A stretch of DNA of 63,533 bases, filler included, from Sluysia triapertura (taxonomy: Eukaryota): the NCBI GenBank assembly GCA_046118255.1. It is 4 parts of 4 records of this genome, joined end to end, with 100 filler letters (N's around TTAATTAATTAA, not from the genome) between each part and the next. Parts side by side here need not be neighbours in the genome. Positions count along the whole stretch, not along the records: positions 29,200 to 52,603 come from JBJNIA010204040.1; 3 more parts are not named here. One strand, 5' to 3'. The translations under genes were made by a program, and so were the position numbers. The number at the start of each line of letters is the position of its first letter. Position 1 is the stretch's first letter. Positions 39,063-52,703 of the stretch are shown one piece after another. The notes under the pieces were generated by a model. The model was not told the origin of the DNA. It saw nothing but the letters and a program-made list of their open reading frames with translations, and did no database searches.

Positions 39063-41039
39063 ATAAATGCTATATTAAGAATAAAAACAATACAATAATA
39101 TAATGTAATATAATATAATAAATAACATAATAGCGCAATTATGAACAAAATTAAAAAAACTATCTTAAGATTTTATTCCTTTAATTAATTAAGCTTACAA
39201 TTTCTTAAATAAAAGAAAAAATGCTGCTGTCACAAGAGATAAACAATGACGGACTTGTTATAAAAACACCCTCTATGATAAGTAATGCCACTTGGAATTC
39301 GGAATGAGTCACGATTAATTTGATCGTCCATCTAAATCAATATCGTTTCGTTTTTTGTTAAATTCTTTTTAATTCTTTTAATTTATGGACACTAGGTCCT
39401 AATTTTTCTAAATATATTATTTCTTTAATAATAATAATATTATTATTATCAGCCGTTTAGGACTTTCGTCTCGACAGTGTTATTAATAGTTTCTAATTTA
39501 AACCCTTTCTTATCTTTAAGAATCGGTAAACCCTAATGGATTATTTTGTCATCAGCATACAACTCATAAAATATTCAGTAAAATCTCTAATCGTAATCAC
39601 ACGTTCTTATATCATCAAATATTCCTTTTTACATTCTTTAAACAAACCTTATAACATTTTGTTTCAAACCATTCAAATATAAAGTAATAAATCATATTAT
39701 ACAAGATCATTTTCAATTGCAAACGCGTCATATTTCATATAACTATTCACTTAACACTATTCAGTATTATTTTATAATTCTCACTATCACAGCTTCAGAA
39801 CTTTTAAGTATATTAGTACTTTAAAGAGCTAATGAATGTAATTCTTTAAGTAAGATGTTATAGAGTAGTAATTTTAATTTAAATTAATAATACTAATAAT
39901 TAATATATATAGCTTTACTGAGTATTTATTCTGCTCAGTGATTTTCTGAAGCGCGTTAATATTCGTCTATTATCTTAGATAATATACTCTCGTCAAAGTC
40001 GGTTATTTCATATGAGTATTATTTTATCTCTATTATAAGTTAATTTATTTTCTCGATATCAGACAAAGAACCTTACTTAATGATCATCTATAATATTTAT
40101 GAATGATAACGTGAGTCTTATACTCGTCTGAGCTGTTCGAAATGGAAATGCTTGACAAATAAAATAACAATTTAAAGTTTAATGTTTAAGACTTTATTCA
40201 AATCGTATTTATTTAATTTCTACTTTCAAACTTTATTAATTATAACTGTACTTAATTTATTATACCTTATATTTTATTAGTCACACCCTATTCCTCAATA
40301 TCCTCTTGACTATTTTTTAACTACGAAAGGAAATAAATGAACAAATAACTGTTATATATTTTAACATACAAGAATAAATTTATATGAAACATTAAAAAAT
40401 GAAAATAAATTATAAATTTAACACAGATCAAAATTAATAAATGATCTCAATACTTTATCAATCTCCTGTTGGATATAATGCTGTGATCAGTTGATTATTA
40501 CTTCTAAAATTTACCAATCTCTTCTTTTTCTGTTAATTAACTCTGTAATATCTCGTGATAAATATTTTTCTTGTATTTTTTTATTCTATTCGCGTTATTT
40601 ATAGTATTTCCAAAGAATGGTTTCAATGATAAATAAAATAATTTATGAATTAAATTTTGAATTATAGTAGAACATTGTCATAAATAATAAATAATATAAT
40701 TTAACCTCGTTAATAATAATAAAACAATTTAAATCACTATATGAAATAAATTTTGATATTAATAATAGGATTTTTTATAGTAAAGTAATGTGGTCATTAA
40801 ATATCTTACCTTCACTGTAATTTTATCAATAGTTTATACTGTCATACAATCACAATCATTCATTTCACAAAATTATATTATTATTATTAGACTACATTAG
40901 TTGCTAATTATTTCATATTTCATTGTAGCAATCTCGTTAAAAATTTTCATAATTTTTTTGACTCAAATTAAAGTGTACTTTCATTACAATCATTAAAGTT
41001 TTTCATTTATTGTAATAATTGGTTAAAAAGTTGTTTGTA

Positions 41040-41540
41040 TAATGAAATCTCTCCTTGTTTATAGAAATAGTATTATGTGATGGAATAAGCTGAAACACAA
41101 CGATCCAAGTATTTGTTTTTCAGACAAAATTATACAATTTACTGAAGTATTGAAATGCTGCATCAACCGTAGAATTTTTAATTTTCATAAGAATTCAGAA
41201 AATATAGATGTTATATATTCATATTGATAATGTATGCAAAAATGAAGTACATCAACTTCGTTCAATAGTTAAGCTATTATTGTTCGCTAATAGTTTAGAA
41301 GAAGCTAAAAAAGCTGTTTCAAAAGTTTTCAATTATCTGCAAACAAATCACATTGATTTTTAATACTCATTTCCATTTTTCATTTGTCTCCAAATACCGA
41401 AAAAAGAAGATAAAATTTTTCAATTAGACATTTCTGATTTTAGCTTACACATAACAAATGAAATGAGTGAATTCGACCCTGATCCGAGACTTGCGCAATT
41501 AAGGGTTCGTCCACAGGATTTGAATTATCAGAAGTAAAAA
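41040..41540 (+). mobile_element. Disrupted coding remnant, possibly Mutator/MULE transposase
   Basis: EIVLCDG and VHQLRSIVKLLLFANSLEEAKKAVSKVFNYL in shifted frames with stops. The family assignment is weak. Confidence 0.3.
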
Positions 41541-42074
41541 TGTGTTGCTTATAATTCTAGTAAGGGTTTACTACAAGACTCGTTAATAACTTTATATCAT
41601 CGTAATAACGAGGTTTAGTTAATTGATGATTTTATGATCCTGTATTAAAATGATTAGTTTATCACCGTGCTTAAACCGGTGTTAATATGAATAAATAACA
41701 ACTAATCTTAGGAAATTATAACAATGTAAATTAATCCCCTTTGCTTTATTTCTTTCTTTAACGAGAATTAAAATGGACGATCATGGGTGATCATAGATGA
41801 AATAATTCCTTAAAAGCAATTCGCGTAATATTTTTATATGTATAATGTTTCAATAATAAAATAGAATAACATGCTATAGAATTTAACACAAATTCTTTAA
41901 TATTGAGTATTTTAATAATAGTTTACTAGCCTTTCTAAACAGGAGAAATTCAAGTTAATTTTACATCACTTTAAACGCGCTGAAATAACAAGTCTTTTAT
42001 TTCAATTGATGTTTTGTGGAGTAAGCATTTTTTTATTATACACCACTATTATTGTAAATTAAAATTGATATCTC

Positions 42075-42107
<33 letters not shown>

Positions 42108-43229
42108 CATTCAATAACAAAATTATATCGCGAATTTTAATAAATAATGAAATAATTTTATTACTTAAACAAATACTAAATTTAGTCTGTATTAAATTAA
42201 AGTTTGGGATAGGAATCGAATGAATTCTCCCTAAATATCACTATTAACATTTAAAGTTTGAAATAAATGTTAATCGAAATTCGAAGCTAATTTACATTAT
42301 TATGGAATTATTAACTAATGACTTATATAATCATCTAATAGATACTTAAAATTTCTTCTTAAATTTAAAATTTATATCGGAATTTAATTGGCAATAAAGT
42401 GATTTAACACAAATTTTCGATGATTTAAACTCTTATAAACAAAATTATATCATGAAATTATCGAAATTTACTTTAATTTGTAACATGAATCTTTGTTATT
42501 TTAAAATTAAACAGCATTAAAATTCACTTCATAATTCACAATGATATCATTCTTACGAAAATTTTAAGTAACATAAATGAGACTTCCATTTTTAGTAAAA
42601 TCTATTCGGTTTAGCATCTTTTCCTTCGAAACATCAACGTCAATGTACTATTCTATTGCATTGAGCCTAATTTCTGAATATGCCAAATCATTACCCAAAT
42701 TTACCATTCGAAAAATTGTTTTCTAATATCGAGCTTAAACAATTGGAGGTTTCAATGTGTTCGTTCTATAAAGTTCGTGCTCGTTTTGCAATTAATGCGA
42801 TTTCAAAACAATTACTGGCACTTCAGATTAAAACCTATTCACTGTCTCTAATCCTTTATTCAATTAGTCTAACTATTGCAGCCGCAACTGTTACTACTAA
42901 TTTCTTAATAATGAATAACAAATAATTGAAAATTATATATATTAAACTCGTGTATGTGTAGAAAACAATAAAAGTAACAAAATGATAAAGAAAACTCAGC
43001 TGCACACGTTATTTTTCTCAAAATATCTTTATAATAATATATTAAACGCTATACAATTTGATATTGTTATACAATTTGATATTATACAATTTGATATTGT
43101 TTGCTCGTACCATTCTGCCTTTGAACTCGAACAAAATTATACAATTCTTGTTTTTCGCTAAAATATATGCTGGAGCATTATTTAATAGTTCAATGACAAA
43201 CACTCGGGTCATTAATATTATAATGCCAA

Positions 43230-43960
43230 ACAAAATTTTAATCCACAAACACAATTGTTTGGTACGATTGAGCAGCGTTACATAGACCAAAAAGCATACG
43301 AAGAGCCCTAAATGTGTGCTTACTGCTCTCTTCGGAATATCTTCATGATGTGCTGGGGTTTGATGGTATACCTCAGTTAAGTCGATAGTTAAAAATATGA
43401 TGAAGCCGCCAAATCGGTGTAAAATATCAGTAATGAGTTGCCACGGAAAGTATCTTGATCGAACCATATTTTTTGACCATTTGCAGAACAGGATCGTTGC
43501 ACGATTTTTTGTTTTTCCATGTCTAGGAGTTGTAGCTCTGATTGTGTTCGAATTTCTTGTGACAGTTCACGATACCTTAGTTTACGTGGTTTTGTTGGTA
43601 TTGTATTTATATGATGAATAGGAGCAGGAAGGTTATATGTGGAAAATTCTTCTTTAACAGATTTCCATATTGTTGTACATAAGCGAGTGTATTTTCTGCC
43701 CTCTAAGATATGCTAAAGTTTTGTTTCTTCAGTCTACCTAGAGTTCGTGAAGTTAAAATAAATAAGCTCCTATTATTAGTTGATGTACTGTAGCCACGAT
43801 GAAAATTCATTGTTGAATACCATCCAAGCTGCTGGGGAACCATTTGTCGCTATTCAAAAGAGTGTTGGGTATATTGTATGCTCGAAAACAGCAGCATCAA
43901 GAAGAAATTTTAAGTGCAACAAATAGTCATTAATTAACGTTACTGACATTCGAGAATCGT
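43230..43960 (-). mobile_element. Ty3/gypsy pol (RT) remnant
   Basis: RYFPWQLITDILHRFGGFIIFLTIDLTEVYHQTPAHHEDIPKRAVSTHLGLF matches gypsy RT DRYP.P.I.D....F..IDL..AYHQIP...EDIPKTA..TPFGLF. Confidence 0.82.
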
Positions 43961-44529
43961 TGGTCTGATTATTATCTATTGAATTATAGTTATTGTTTGT
44001 TTTATGCAATACTGAACTTCTAATGTCGTCAATGAAGATATATAATGTAAAATAAAAATAAGATAAAAGAAAATAGAAATAAAAATCAATGTAAAAGAAT
44101 TATTATACTTATTCATCATTTTCATAAATTTGTAAATTTTTTTGCAATTGAACAATTTTAATATTGTAAACCATGGTAAGCAAAACATGAAATTTAAAAC
44201 GATTGTTATTTAAAATCCTTGAAAGTATTTAACAAATATAACAATGATGAGCCACGTAATATATGAATTATACTGAATTTCTTATATTAATTCTAAATGT
44301 ATAAATTGAATAAATCTAATAATTTAATTGAAAATTAATATTTAATGGATCTCTATGTAAATAGAGTAATAATATTGCCTGAATAAAATAAATACGAGTC
44401 AAATGTCGACTATAAACATGATAAATAAAAGAATGTGTTTATTAAATTTTGCGAATTCGTGAATAATAATATATTAATTTATATTGCGCTCATACCTACT
44501 GTAAAGTAAGTACTCAAAAGCGCTTAAAA

Positions 44530-44950
44530 TAAATCATTCACTATAATATTTCATAATCTTCCAGTAATTTGACATTTTCTGGTAGCTGGTTGTATATTTT
44601 TGAAACATAAACGGTATACAACCTATTATCACTGTGGATTTTGTATATATCATTATTATTATTATATCTCAATGAAATATTCATCTTGATTTCCAAATTT
44701 TTTATTATTTCTAAAAGATATTCAGGACTTCCATAATGTAGGCATTTGTAAATTATTGTCATGATTCTTGTTGTTATTGGCAACCAATGTAATTCTTTAA
44801 GATAAAGTGTTATATGAGATCTTCTTCCAACTTGGAGAATTAGTTTTACTGTTTGATTAGTTGTTAATTTTATTTTTTCACTTTTCCATATGAAATTGAG
44901 TACAATAAACCATTGTTAAATAACAAATTATAAAAATAAAAGTTGTAAAT
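44530..44950 (-). mobile_element. LINE (L2/CR1-like) ORF2 C-terminal remnant
   Basis: HITLYLKELHWLPITTRIMTIIYKCLHYGSPEYL...SKIYNQLPENVK matches the typical L2/CR1 ORF2 tail. Confidence 0.72.
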
Positions 44951-47058
44951 ATTAAATGTACAGAGTGAAAATTGCAGTAATAAGAATATTGAAATGTAAC
45001 GTCTTTACACACTAATATGAATAATTAATTTTTTAGCAATATCTAACAATTTCAAGTAAATAATCATTTAATACAGGAAAATAGTGAATAGAATTTATTC
45101 TATAAAAATTCTACCATACAAGTTAATAAAAATCCGTTATTATTTCAATAATACCGACGTAACAAATATAAAAGACAATGTATTCAACAATATTTATATT
45201 TATAAGTATCCAACTTTATGAAAATAGTCACCTATTGAAATACATGATATTAATCTATCGTGACTCAGGTCGAATACATTTGCAGATGTCCGTTTCCAAA
45301 AACAATTAATTAAACATTAAGAAATATTTATACCATGTAAATATTATAAAATTAGTCAAGTTAGTAATAATATCTCGACACATTTTCTTTCAGTCAGATT
45401 ATTGAGAACCATGTCAAGTGGCTCAAGATTTTAAATATTCCTGAATAATTGTGATCTTGTAAATTGAATTTAGGAAGATATGTACGAGAACTTATATAAT
45501 TTCTGATAAGTCATGAATCAATTAAAAGTATTTGCTCTATTGTTTATCGGAATTATTGCACAACAATTTCATCACAATACGTAGTTTTAGAACGACCTGG
45601 TCCATCTTTTGATATTATTTTCATTTGATGTTCTTATTTGTCTGTCGATAGATATTGATTTTTCTTCCCATGCAGAGCACAGCATTCTTTAAGTTTATAT
45701 AGCCACATGATTGCTTTTTGTCATTTTATTTATGAATGTTATACTTTTTATCAAATTAGTAGCAACAATTATGATATTATAAACGGGTTCACCTGTAATT
45801 TACGTTTTTTATCTCGAGGAAGACGTAATTACAGGATGAAAGTGTCAATAATTCTTCGAAAGATATCCTTACTCGTACTGCAATTTCAGATTTTTAATCT
45901 TTGAAAATCACACGAATTTTATTTCACTAATCAAATTATATTAAAGTTTCTTTTAAATGATATTAATAAACTTTATAAAACAAGATTTATTTCTTAAAAT
46001 TAGACGGACTTTATTAATAACTTATACTAGATTGACTTCTTTCAAAGTTCCTTTCAATTGAATTCAATAAATATAACAAATGAAAACTAAATGTTTATTA
46101 TTACAAGAATAAGTTAACTCGTACAATTAAATTAATTATAATAATTATAATTATAATAATAATGAAATAGGATTTATCCTGATTCGAAAACTTCGAAGAT
46201 TTCAAGAAATTAAATTAATCCAGGCGAATGATTGGATGTGATTAAATAAATGTTAAGTAGATTTTAAAGCTATAGATTAAAACTGAACTTATTAAAAAAA
46301 CCATCTTACGTATTCATCGATTGACGAATATGAAAGAGTTTTGTCCAAAGAGTATTGATCGATGAGAAGCACCAGACTCGAGATCTTTTTGAATAATTGG
46401 AATCAGAGACAAATTATAATTAATTGAAAATCAAGTCCTCAGTAAAAGTTTTCTCAAGAATGTTGACCACAACATGCGAAGTAATTTGCTGAGTATTTGT
46501 GAACGATTGTGTGAGATGAATGTTTTGGTTTTTTCTTTTATACTAATTTTTATTTTTAAATAATTAATTATTAATTACCTTTTTTATTTAACCGAAAATT
46601 CTTTTAAATGACAAAATAAAATCCTTTTATAAAATGAAATATGATTTATCTATAAAAATTATGACTAATAATTAAAATTATGTTCAAACAAATGTGGATG
46701 ATTAAAATTTTTATAAACAAATTGCTAATTATTACAAGATATAATTATTTTTTGTTAAATTTTCTTTATGATTGTTAAATTGTTATTAAATTAAAATTAT
46801 TTACATATTTATTCAAGCAGCAATGATTTATTATTCTTACAATTTAGATTTATAAAATTATTAATTATTGGATTTTCTAAAACCTTTTATTTTAACTCAT
46901 TTATATAATAAATTAAACTAAACATCAAAAAATCAAAAATTAAATTATTTACATTACTTCCTTATCAGGGAAAATTCGTCTCGAATCATAGAAAGGTTAT
47001 TAATAAAGTATAAGACAATAAAACCATAATGAGATGTAAAATCACGAATTATGTTGTG

Positions 47059-48005
47059 TTATTTGTCCAGATCTACTTCACTGTCTTTGTCCCATGATGA
47101 ATGGTATGAATAAGCCGAACTCGTGAACGACGTAGGATTGATCGACAAGTGGTCTCCTTTTGATGACGTTGATGGTGATGACTGATTACGTTTATGAGGT
47201 GGTGAATTGGAGGAGATAGTGATGTTGTGGGACGTAGCTGATTGTGGTGGCGTTACTGGTAGTGGTCCCATGAAAACATTAGAAAAAGTATTTGGAATAG
47301 TAGAAGAAGTAGAAGTAATAGAAATAATAGTAGTAGAGGTAGATAAAAGTGAAGGAGAAGCTACGGAACAACGGGGTATAAAAGACAAGTCCTTTTAACG
47401 AATTTAATCCAAAAAAAAGAGATCAACTCAAAAGCCATTCGTGAACAGGTCATACGTGGCGGTACAGGATATAAGAGTCGAAAGGTTTGCCATCGTAATA
47501 TCGCATCGGAAGTAGTATATGATAGAAGGTTGTGGTTCGTTAGATTAATAATCCCTTTAAGCCAACCAAAAGGTAAATCAAGGTCTTTAATAATGAGGCC
47601 ATGATCTTATCATGCAGATGTCCCAAAAAAGGGGCGGACATCATCTATATCTCTAGCCTCAAAGATGTCAGAGTCCTTAATCTCCTGGATATCCCTAACG
47701 AAATTCTTAATACGCAACCTAGGTTTTATATTAATATCCGTATGATATTCTTCACATCTGGAGCATTTCGCAGTAACACATATGGGCAGTGGATTGGTGC
47801 AGATTTCGATGTAGTCAGTTCTGCCGGATCCAGAAGCCGAGCCGGGACAATATGTGATATTCGGGATCCCGGCTACTAGACCGAACATGCGGAGTATTTT
47901 CGAAGTTGTTACTAACAGTAACGAGTCTCGGAATGGAATATAAGCATCTTCAGATCTACGGACCTTTACGCGATTGAGCCCATTGAGAGCACGTAGAATA
48001 GAAGA
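47059..48005 (-). pseudogene. GC-rich disrupted orphan ORF of about 310 codons
   Basis: Frame open from about 48005 to 47613, then TGA TAA, then the same frame continues (DHGLIIKDLDLPFGWLKG...). A frameshift leads into a Ser/Thr/Pro-rich tail ending at 47059. Confidence 0.5.
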
Positions 48006-48479
48006 AAATTTTAATTATAATTTTATAATCTTGTCTTAAAATTTTTCAATTTTACTCTATCATAATCTCAAATTCAAAACTCAATTATGTTCGACGTAGT
48101 TCAATTATAACAAATGAATTTAACTAATCTTACAATTATGTCACTAATAAAAGTTTAATGTAAACTATCAACATCACAAATAAATCAATAATTGTTAGTA
48201 CAACAAACCACTCGAATAGTAGAACTAAAAAAGACCCCTCCAGACTGTTTAAATGTAATTTACATTTATCTTCTAAAAATGTAAATTGAAAAAAGGATTT
48301 TCTTATAAATTATAATGAAATGAAGGAAGCATTCTCAAAACCTCTTATAAAAATTCAATAAAGTAAAAGAGATTTCCCAAAAAATAAATTTAGATACTTT
48401 TTCTTAAAAATAAAATAAATTAATAAAAATTTTCCCACATATGGAACATAAGTGCCTCATATTTTGTGATGATTTCTCT

Positions 48480-48700
48480 AATTAATTGTGCTATAATATT
48501 AAGTATTCCCTTTTATACTTTCTCATTATTCAGTCACTCGAGTTTTGTCATCAAACACTCTGTTACACAAATCATTAGAACTTCCTTTGAGAATTAGACT
48601 GACAATATAACTGCGGTGTCCAGCTTATCCATAAATTATTAACAAATGCAATTACAAATATTCCATACGCATTACAACTCCGCTACAACTTTTACACATG
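48480..48700 (-). pseudogene. Ulp1/SENP-like protease remnant (often TE-borne)
   Basis: CNAYGIFVIAFVNNLWISWTPQLYCQSNSQR resembles dCGlFaiAF..l..g..P....Q..mR. Confidence 0.3.
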
Positions 48701-49040
48701 ATAACATCTAAAATAAAATTGTAAATATATTTTAAATTCCAGTAATAAATCATACTAGCATCACCTTTAATTCGCCGATATCACCTCTCTCATCTGCATT
48801 GACATTGTGTTAATTACCATACCTGTTCTTTTATACTATTACTTTTACTATTATTATTATTATTTTAAATTTCATGTACAAATACTCTGCATCTGTTTTC
48901 TTTCACAATAAAATTCTGTTTGGAAATTCGTCGATAAATCGAATTTCCGGCGACTGTAGCCAATACATAGAAATGCATGATATTAGAACTGAGGAAGTAT
49001 TGCTACAAACGTTTCTGAACTGCCTATTTTTTATAAATAG

Positions 49041-49360
49041 GTAACTAAAGTGGAAAATCAAAAGATGCCAGTGAATATAGAAGAAAATGTCCCATTGAAA
49101 TTTACACCTACTTCAACAACGAAATAAAAGAAATAATTCAAAAAATGGAAAATCAGCATAAAGAATTCGAAAATAAAATACTTACGAAGCTTGATGAATC
49201 CTTTAAGGAATTCAAAGATATTAAAAGGAAATTTCTACTTTGAAAGATATGATGAAGAAAGCCAATGAATCATTAATTCAAAAAAATGACGTAGACCAAG
49301 ATGATAAATAAGAAGACGAGTATTTTTCATCTATTGTGCCTATTCGTGGACCACAGTGAT
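49041..49360 (+). pseudogene. Frameshifted coiled-coil-like exon remnant
   Basis: An acceptor-like ataaatag is followed by NEIKEIIQKMENQHKEFENKILTKLDESFKEF and EISTLKDMMKK in different frames. Confidence 0.3.
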
Positions 49361-50132
49361 CATCATCAAACATTTATTTGATCAGTTTTGATTGTACGCA
49401 TGTGTTTTATAATTTTCAACTACATTTAGTGTGAACTTTTCTATCATTTAATACAGTGAAAATGTCTTCTCTGATATTCTTTATTATCCACATTCAATTT
49501 AAAAATTATTAGCCCATACATTTTTGAAATGTGACGTAAACATATTATTAAATATATTTTGCATTAAAATATTATAATATTAAATACTGATAAACCACTT
49601 TTCTAACTGATTAGTTTGAGAAATTGTGAACTTTGAATATTTTTAATAAATGATTCATTATAATATTTCTTAAATGGAAGTAAGTTAGTTTTTCTCTTAA
49701 ATATTTCTTAATATTTCGATCATTCGATTGTTTCTTTTTGAATCATCTATCTTATTACATTGTTATAATCCAGTATTATTTTAAATTTATTTTTTTTAAC
49801 AATTATTCTGCATTGTTTGTATTGTGAATGGACTCGTGCCTTTTTGACGACTTTATTTACTTTTATATTATGTATTATTATTAAAGGCGTTTTGTTTTTT
49901 TTATTGTTTTAATAATAAAATATTTTGAACAAGATAATAAGCAACTTTGTAATTGGTGTTAATGCTGCATAATCTGAATTGGTAAAACTAGATTTAGTTC
50001 ATGTTTTTGTGGAAGTTTAAGAATTTGACGACAAAAGCTACAAGTTCAGAGATGATTGTTATAAATTTAAAAGTTCATGTTATAAATTTCAAGATGATTG
50101 TCACAAGTCTAAAGCTGTATCATAAATTTAAA

Positions 50133-50430
50133 ATGAATCCTTATTATGTACATTCTACTGTTGTCGGCTGTCAAATAGGAAGTGATGAATTTAGTGAAAC
50201 TGTTTATTTGGAAAGTCCTCAGGTGACTCATAACTTTAATAACAAAAAGCCGTTTAGTTTAGGATTATCTGGTGGAAGTATGTCCGAATCATTATCAAAA
50301 GTTTTGCTTAAATTATCCGATTCAAAGGTTCGCTCCTTATTTTATTATGAAAGACAAGGTTATGTTTTCTTTAATTTTTTAGATTATCAGATTTCGTAAC
50401 TCGAATTTTTATTTGTTTTATCATCATTAA
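50133..50430 (+). pseudogene. PGLS: 6-phosphogluconolactonase N-terminal fragment
   Basis: PFSLGLSGGSM and FYYER (canonical F.LGLSGGS and FCDER). NSNFYLF (DSNY-like) follows in another frame. The rest of the enzyme is absent. Confidence 0.65.
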
Positions 50431-51819
50431 TCCTAAAGGCCTCCAGGACATCTTAAATTTTAAAATGTGTTGTGTGGTAAGGTTTCATTTTAAATACATG
50501 TCAAAATTTTATCTTATTTTATGTCATTTATTTAAATTACAATATTCTTATAGTATTCAAGGCATTAAGCCGAATTTTCGTAATATCCGTTTATTTAATT
50601 TTAACAATGAACAGGACCTTAAGTCCGCTTTTCATAAAATTGGTCTTTATAATGGGATTTTAAAATTTACAGCGGGCCTTAAGCCCAGATTTGGTAATTC
50701 CTTTTATAATAAAGATGATTTCGAATTAATACCTACGTTTTCCTTTCATTGTTACAATACTACCCGGCCATCACAATAACTTTGACAATTACATAGTACG
50801 GCCTGTCAGATTAATCATCAAACATTATTTTCTTTTATTCTGTTAAATCTTTTATTTAAATTACTTCTCATATTAAAATATAATTAATCGATACCTAGAA
50901 ATAATGATTTTAACTTGAATTTTTTTAATTCAATTGACTTCAGTTTTCCACATTTTCTATTGAGAAATGTTTAAGGTTATCATTATAAAACAAATCATTC
51001 ATCGAACATTTCAAATTCATTTCTAGATCTTGCTCTTTCATAACAATCATCCTATTATCTTTTCATTATTCTAAATTAAACATATAATTACGTTTTTTGA
51101 ATAACTTTTGAATGAGGAAATTTTTTTGATGACATAAACGTATAAAATAGAACATTTAGACATTTTAGGCACTCAAAAAAGGAGACAACAAAAAAGAAGA
51201 TTCATGTTTTGTTAATGTTTTTAAATTTTTTAAATAAATATTAATTTTAATAAGATATTTTTTGTAATATATATATATATATATCCATTTAACTTTAAAT
51301 TTTATTTTAAGTAATTATTGATCTAGTTAAAATAAATTATATTTTATTTTTGAGATTCGCCCTCTCAAAAGGGTAATCATTTTGATTTAATCTAGATCAG
51401 TGACATTTTTTAGGAATCCCCATTTGAAGTAACTTTGTATCATACAATTTTAAATTGACATTTTAGAGTGTTTATTCTTGTGTTGTAATTAAATTAAGAT
51501 TACGTTACGCAAAATTTATATTATTATATTATTATAAAATTAATTTGTAGTTGGTAATTGTTAGTTATTTTGATTTTCATTATTTGATCTGTATTACTAG
51601 AAAAGGATGTATTATTGAAATAAGAATTTTTGAGAATTCAATTATTATTAATATTTTAATATCAGTCCCAACATTTATAAAATTTTATTAAGTTTTTAAA
51701 GTTGTTCAGTATTTCATAAGGAGGTCTGGGCGCTATTCTGATTCCTTTTTCCACTTCTCTACATTAACTACTAATATGATATTTATCTTTAATATTAGTA
51801 ACAATGAATTCATTTGACA

Positions 51820-52050
51820 AACGCTTTAAATGTTTCAAATGCTCTACAAAGTTACTCAAAGGTCTTAAGCACTTTTCAAAGTCTTAAATATTATTAAAGG
51901 TTGATGAGGTCTCAACGTTCACAAGTTCACAATATCTTAACGCTTCAAAACGTCTTCCAAGCCTATTTAAGGTTTTCTCAAATGTCCTTAGAACTCCAAG
52001 ATATTCTTCAATCTCCAAAGTGATTCTTAATCATTCTAACCGAAATAGTG
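51820..52050 (-). repeat. Repeat family A copy
   Basis: aaaggttgatgaggtctcaacgttcacaagttcacaatatcttaacgcttcaaaa...gaactccaagatattcttcaat aligns to 29590-29720. Confidence 0.6.
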
Positions 52051-52344
52051 TTTTGCTCATCATTTTGTATGAATTCTTCCTTACTTGTTTCCTTATATAT
52101 AGAAAAGGTAAAGTTGATTGACAACTACCAATAAAAGGTTTGAGAATTTTGGAATTTTAGTATTTATTACAATTTGTTATAAATTAGGTTGACTACTGAA
52201 GAGCAGTGGGTGAATTCTTTGAATTCTTTAGTTTATAATTAACAATTTTATTTTTTCTCTTTTTATTAAAATTAAAAAATTTTAAATTAAAACAATTAAC
52301 GAGTTTAGGCATTAACAAAAAGGGCTTAAGGCCCGGATTAACAA

Positions 52345-52603
52345 TTAATAATAACTCGAAAAAAACGTAATCAGCACAATATATTAATTCGAATAACACA
52401 TATAAAAAACAATTTTGTATATTTTGATTTATAAATATATCAAACATAAAAAACATAATAAATAAATTGACTCGACAAAAAACAATCGTTTGTAATGCAT
52501 GATTCGTTTTACGATGTCTTACTTCATGCCCTAACACAGATATTATTTTATCATTCGTGCAGTCTTGATTTTCATCAATTTTATTATCATCAGGATTCAT
52601 CTT
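52345..52603 (-). pseudogene. ZMPSTE24: CAAX prenyl protease (STE24/ZMPSTE24) fragment
   Basis: DCTNDKIISVLGHEVRHRKTNH...VNLFIMFFMF versus GC.NEEVLAVLGHELGHWK.GH...MN.FL.FFLF. The conserved G and W are changed to R, and the downstream EFQAD region is missing. The 5' side is cut by the contig end. Confidence 0.72.
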
Positions 52604-52703
52604 NNNNNNNNNNNNNNNNNNNNNNNNNNNNNNNNNNNNNNNNNNNNTTAATTAATTAANNNNNNNNNNNNNNNNNNNNNNNNNNNNNNNNNNNNNNNNN
52701 NNN
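52604..52703. other. Artificial contig-joining spacer
   Basis: Same 100-nt structure. Confidence 0.95.

Noticed and set aside
47915-48000. Kinesin motor fragment (ILRAL...AYIPFRDSLL resembles HIPFRDSKLT)
   Set aside because: Only a short motif matches; the following LQDSLGG...T..TL.FA elements are absent.
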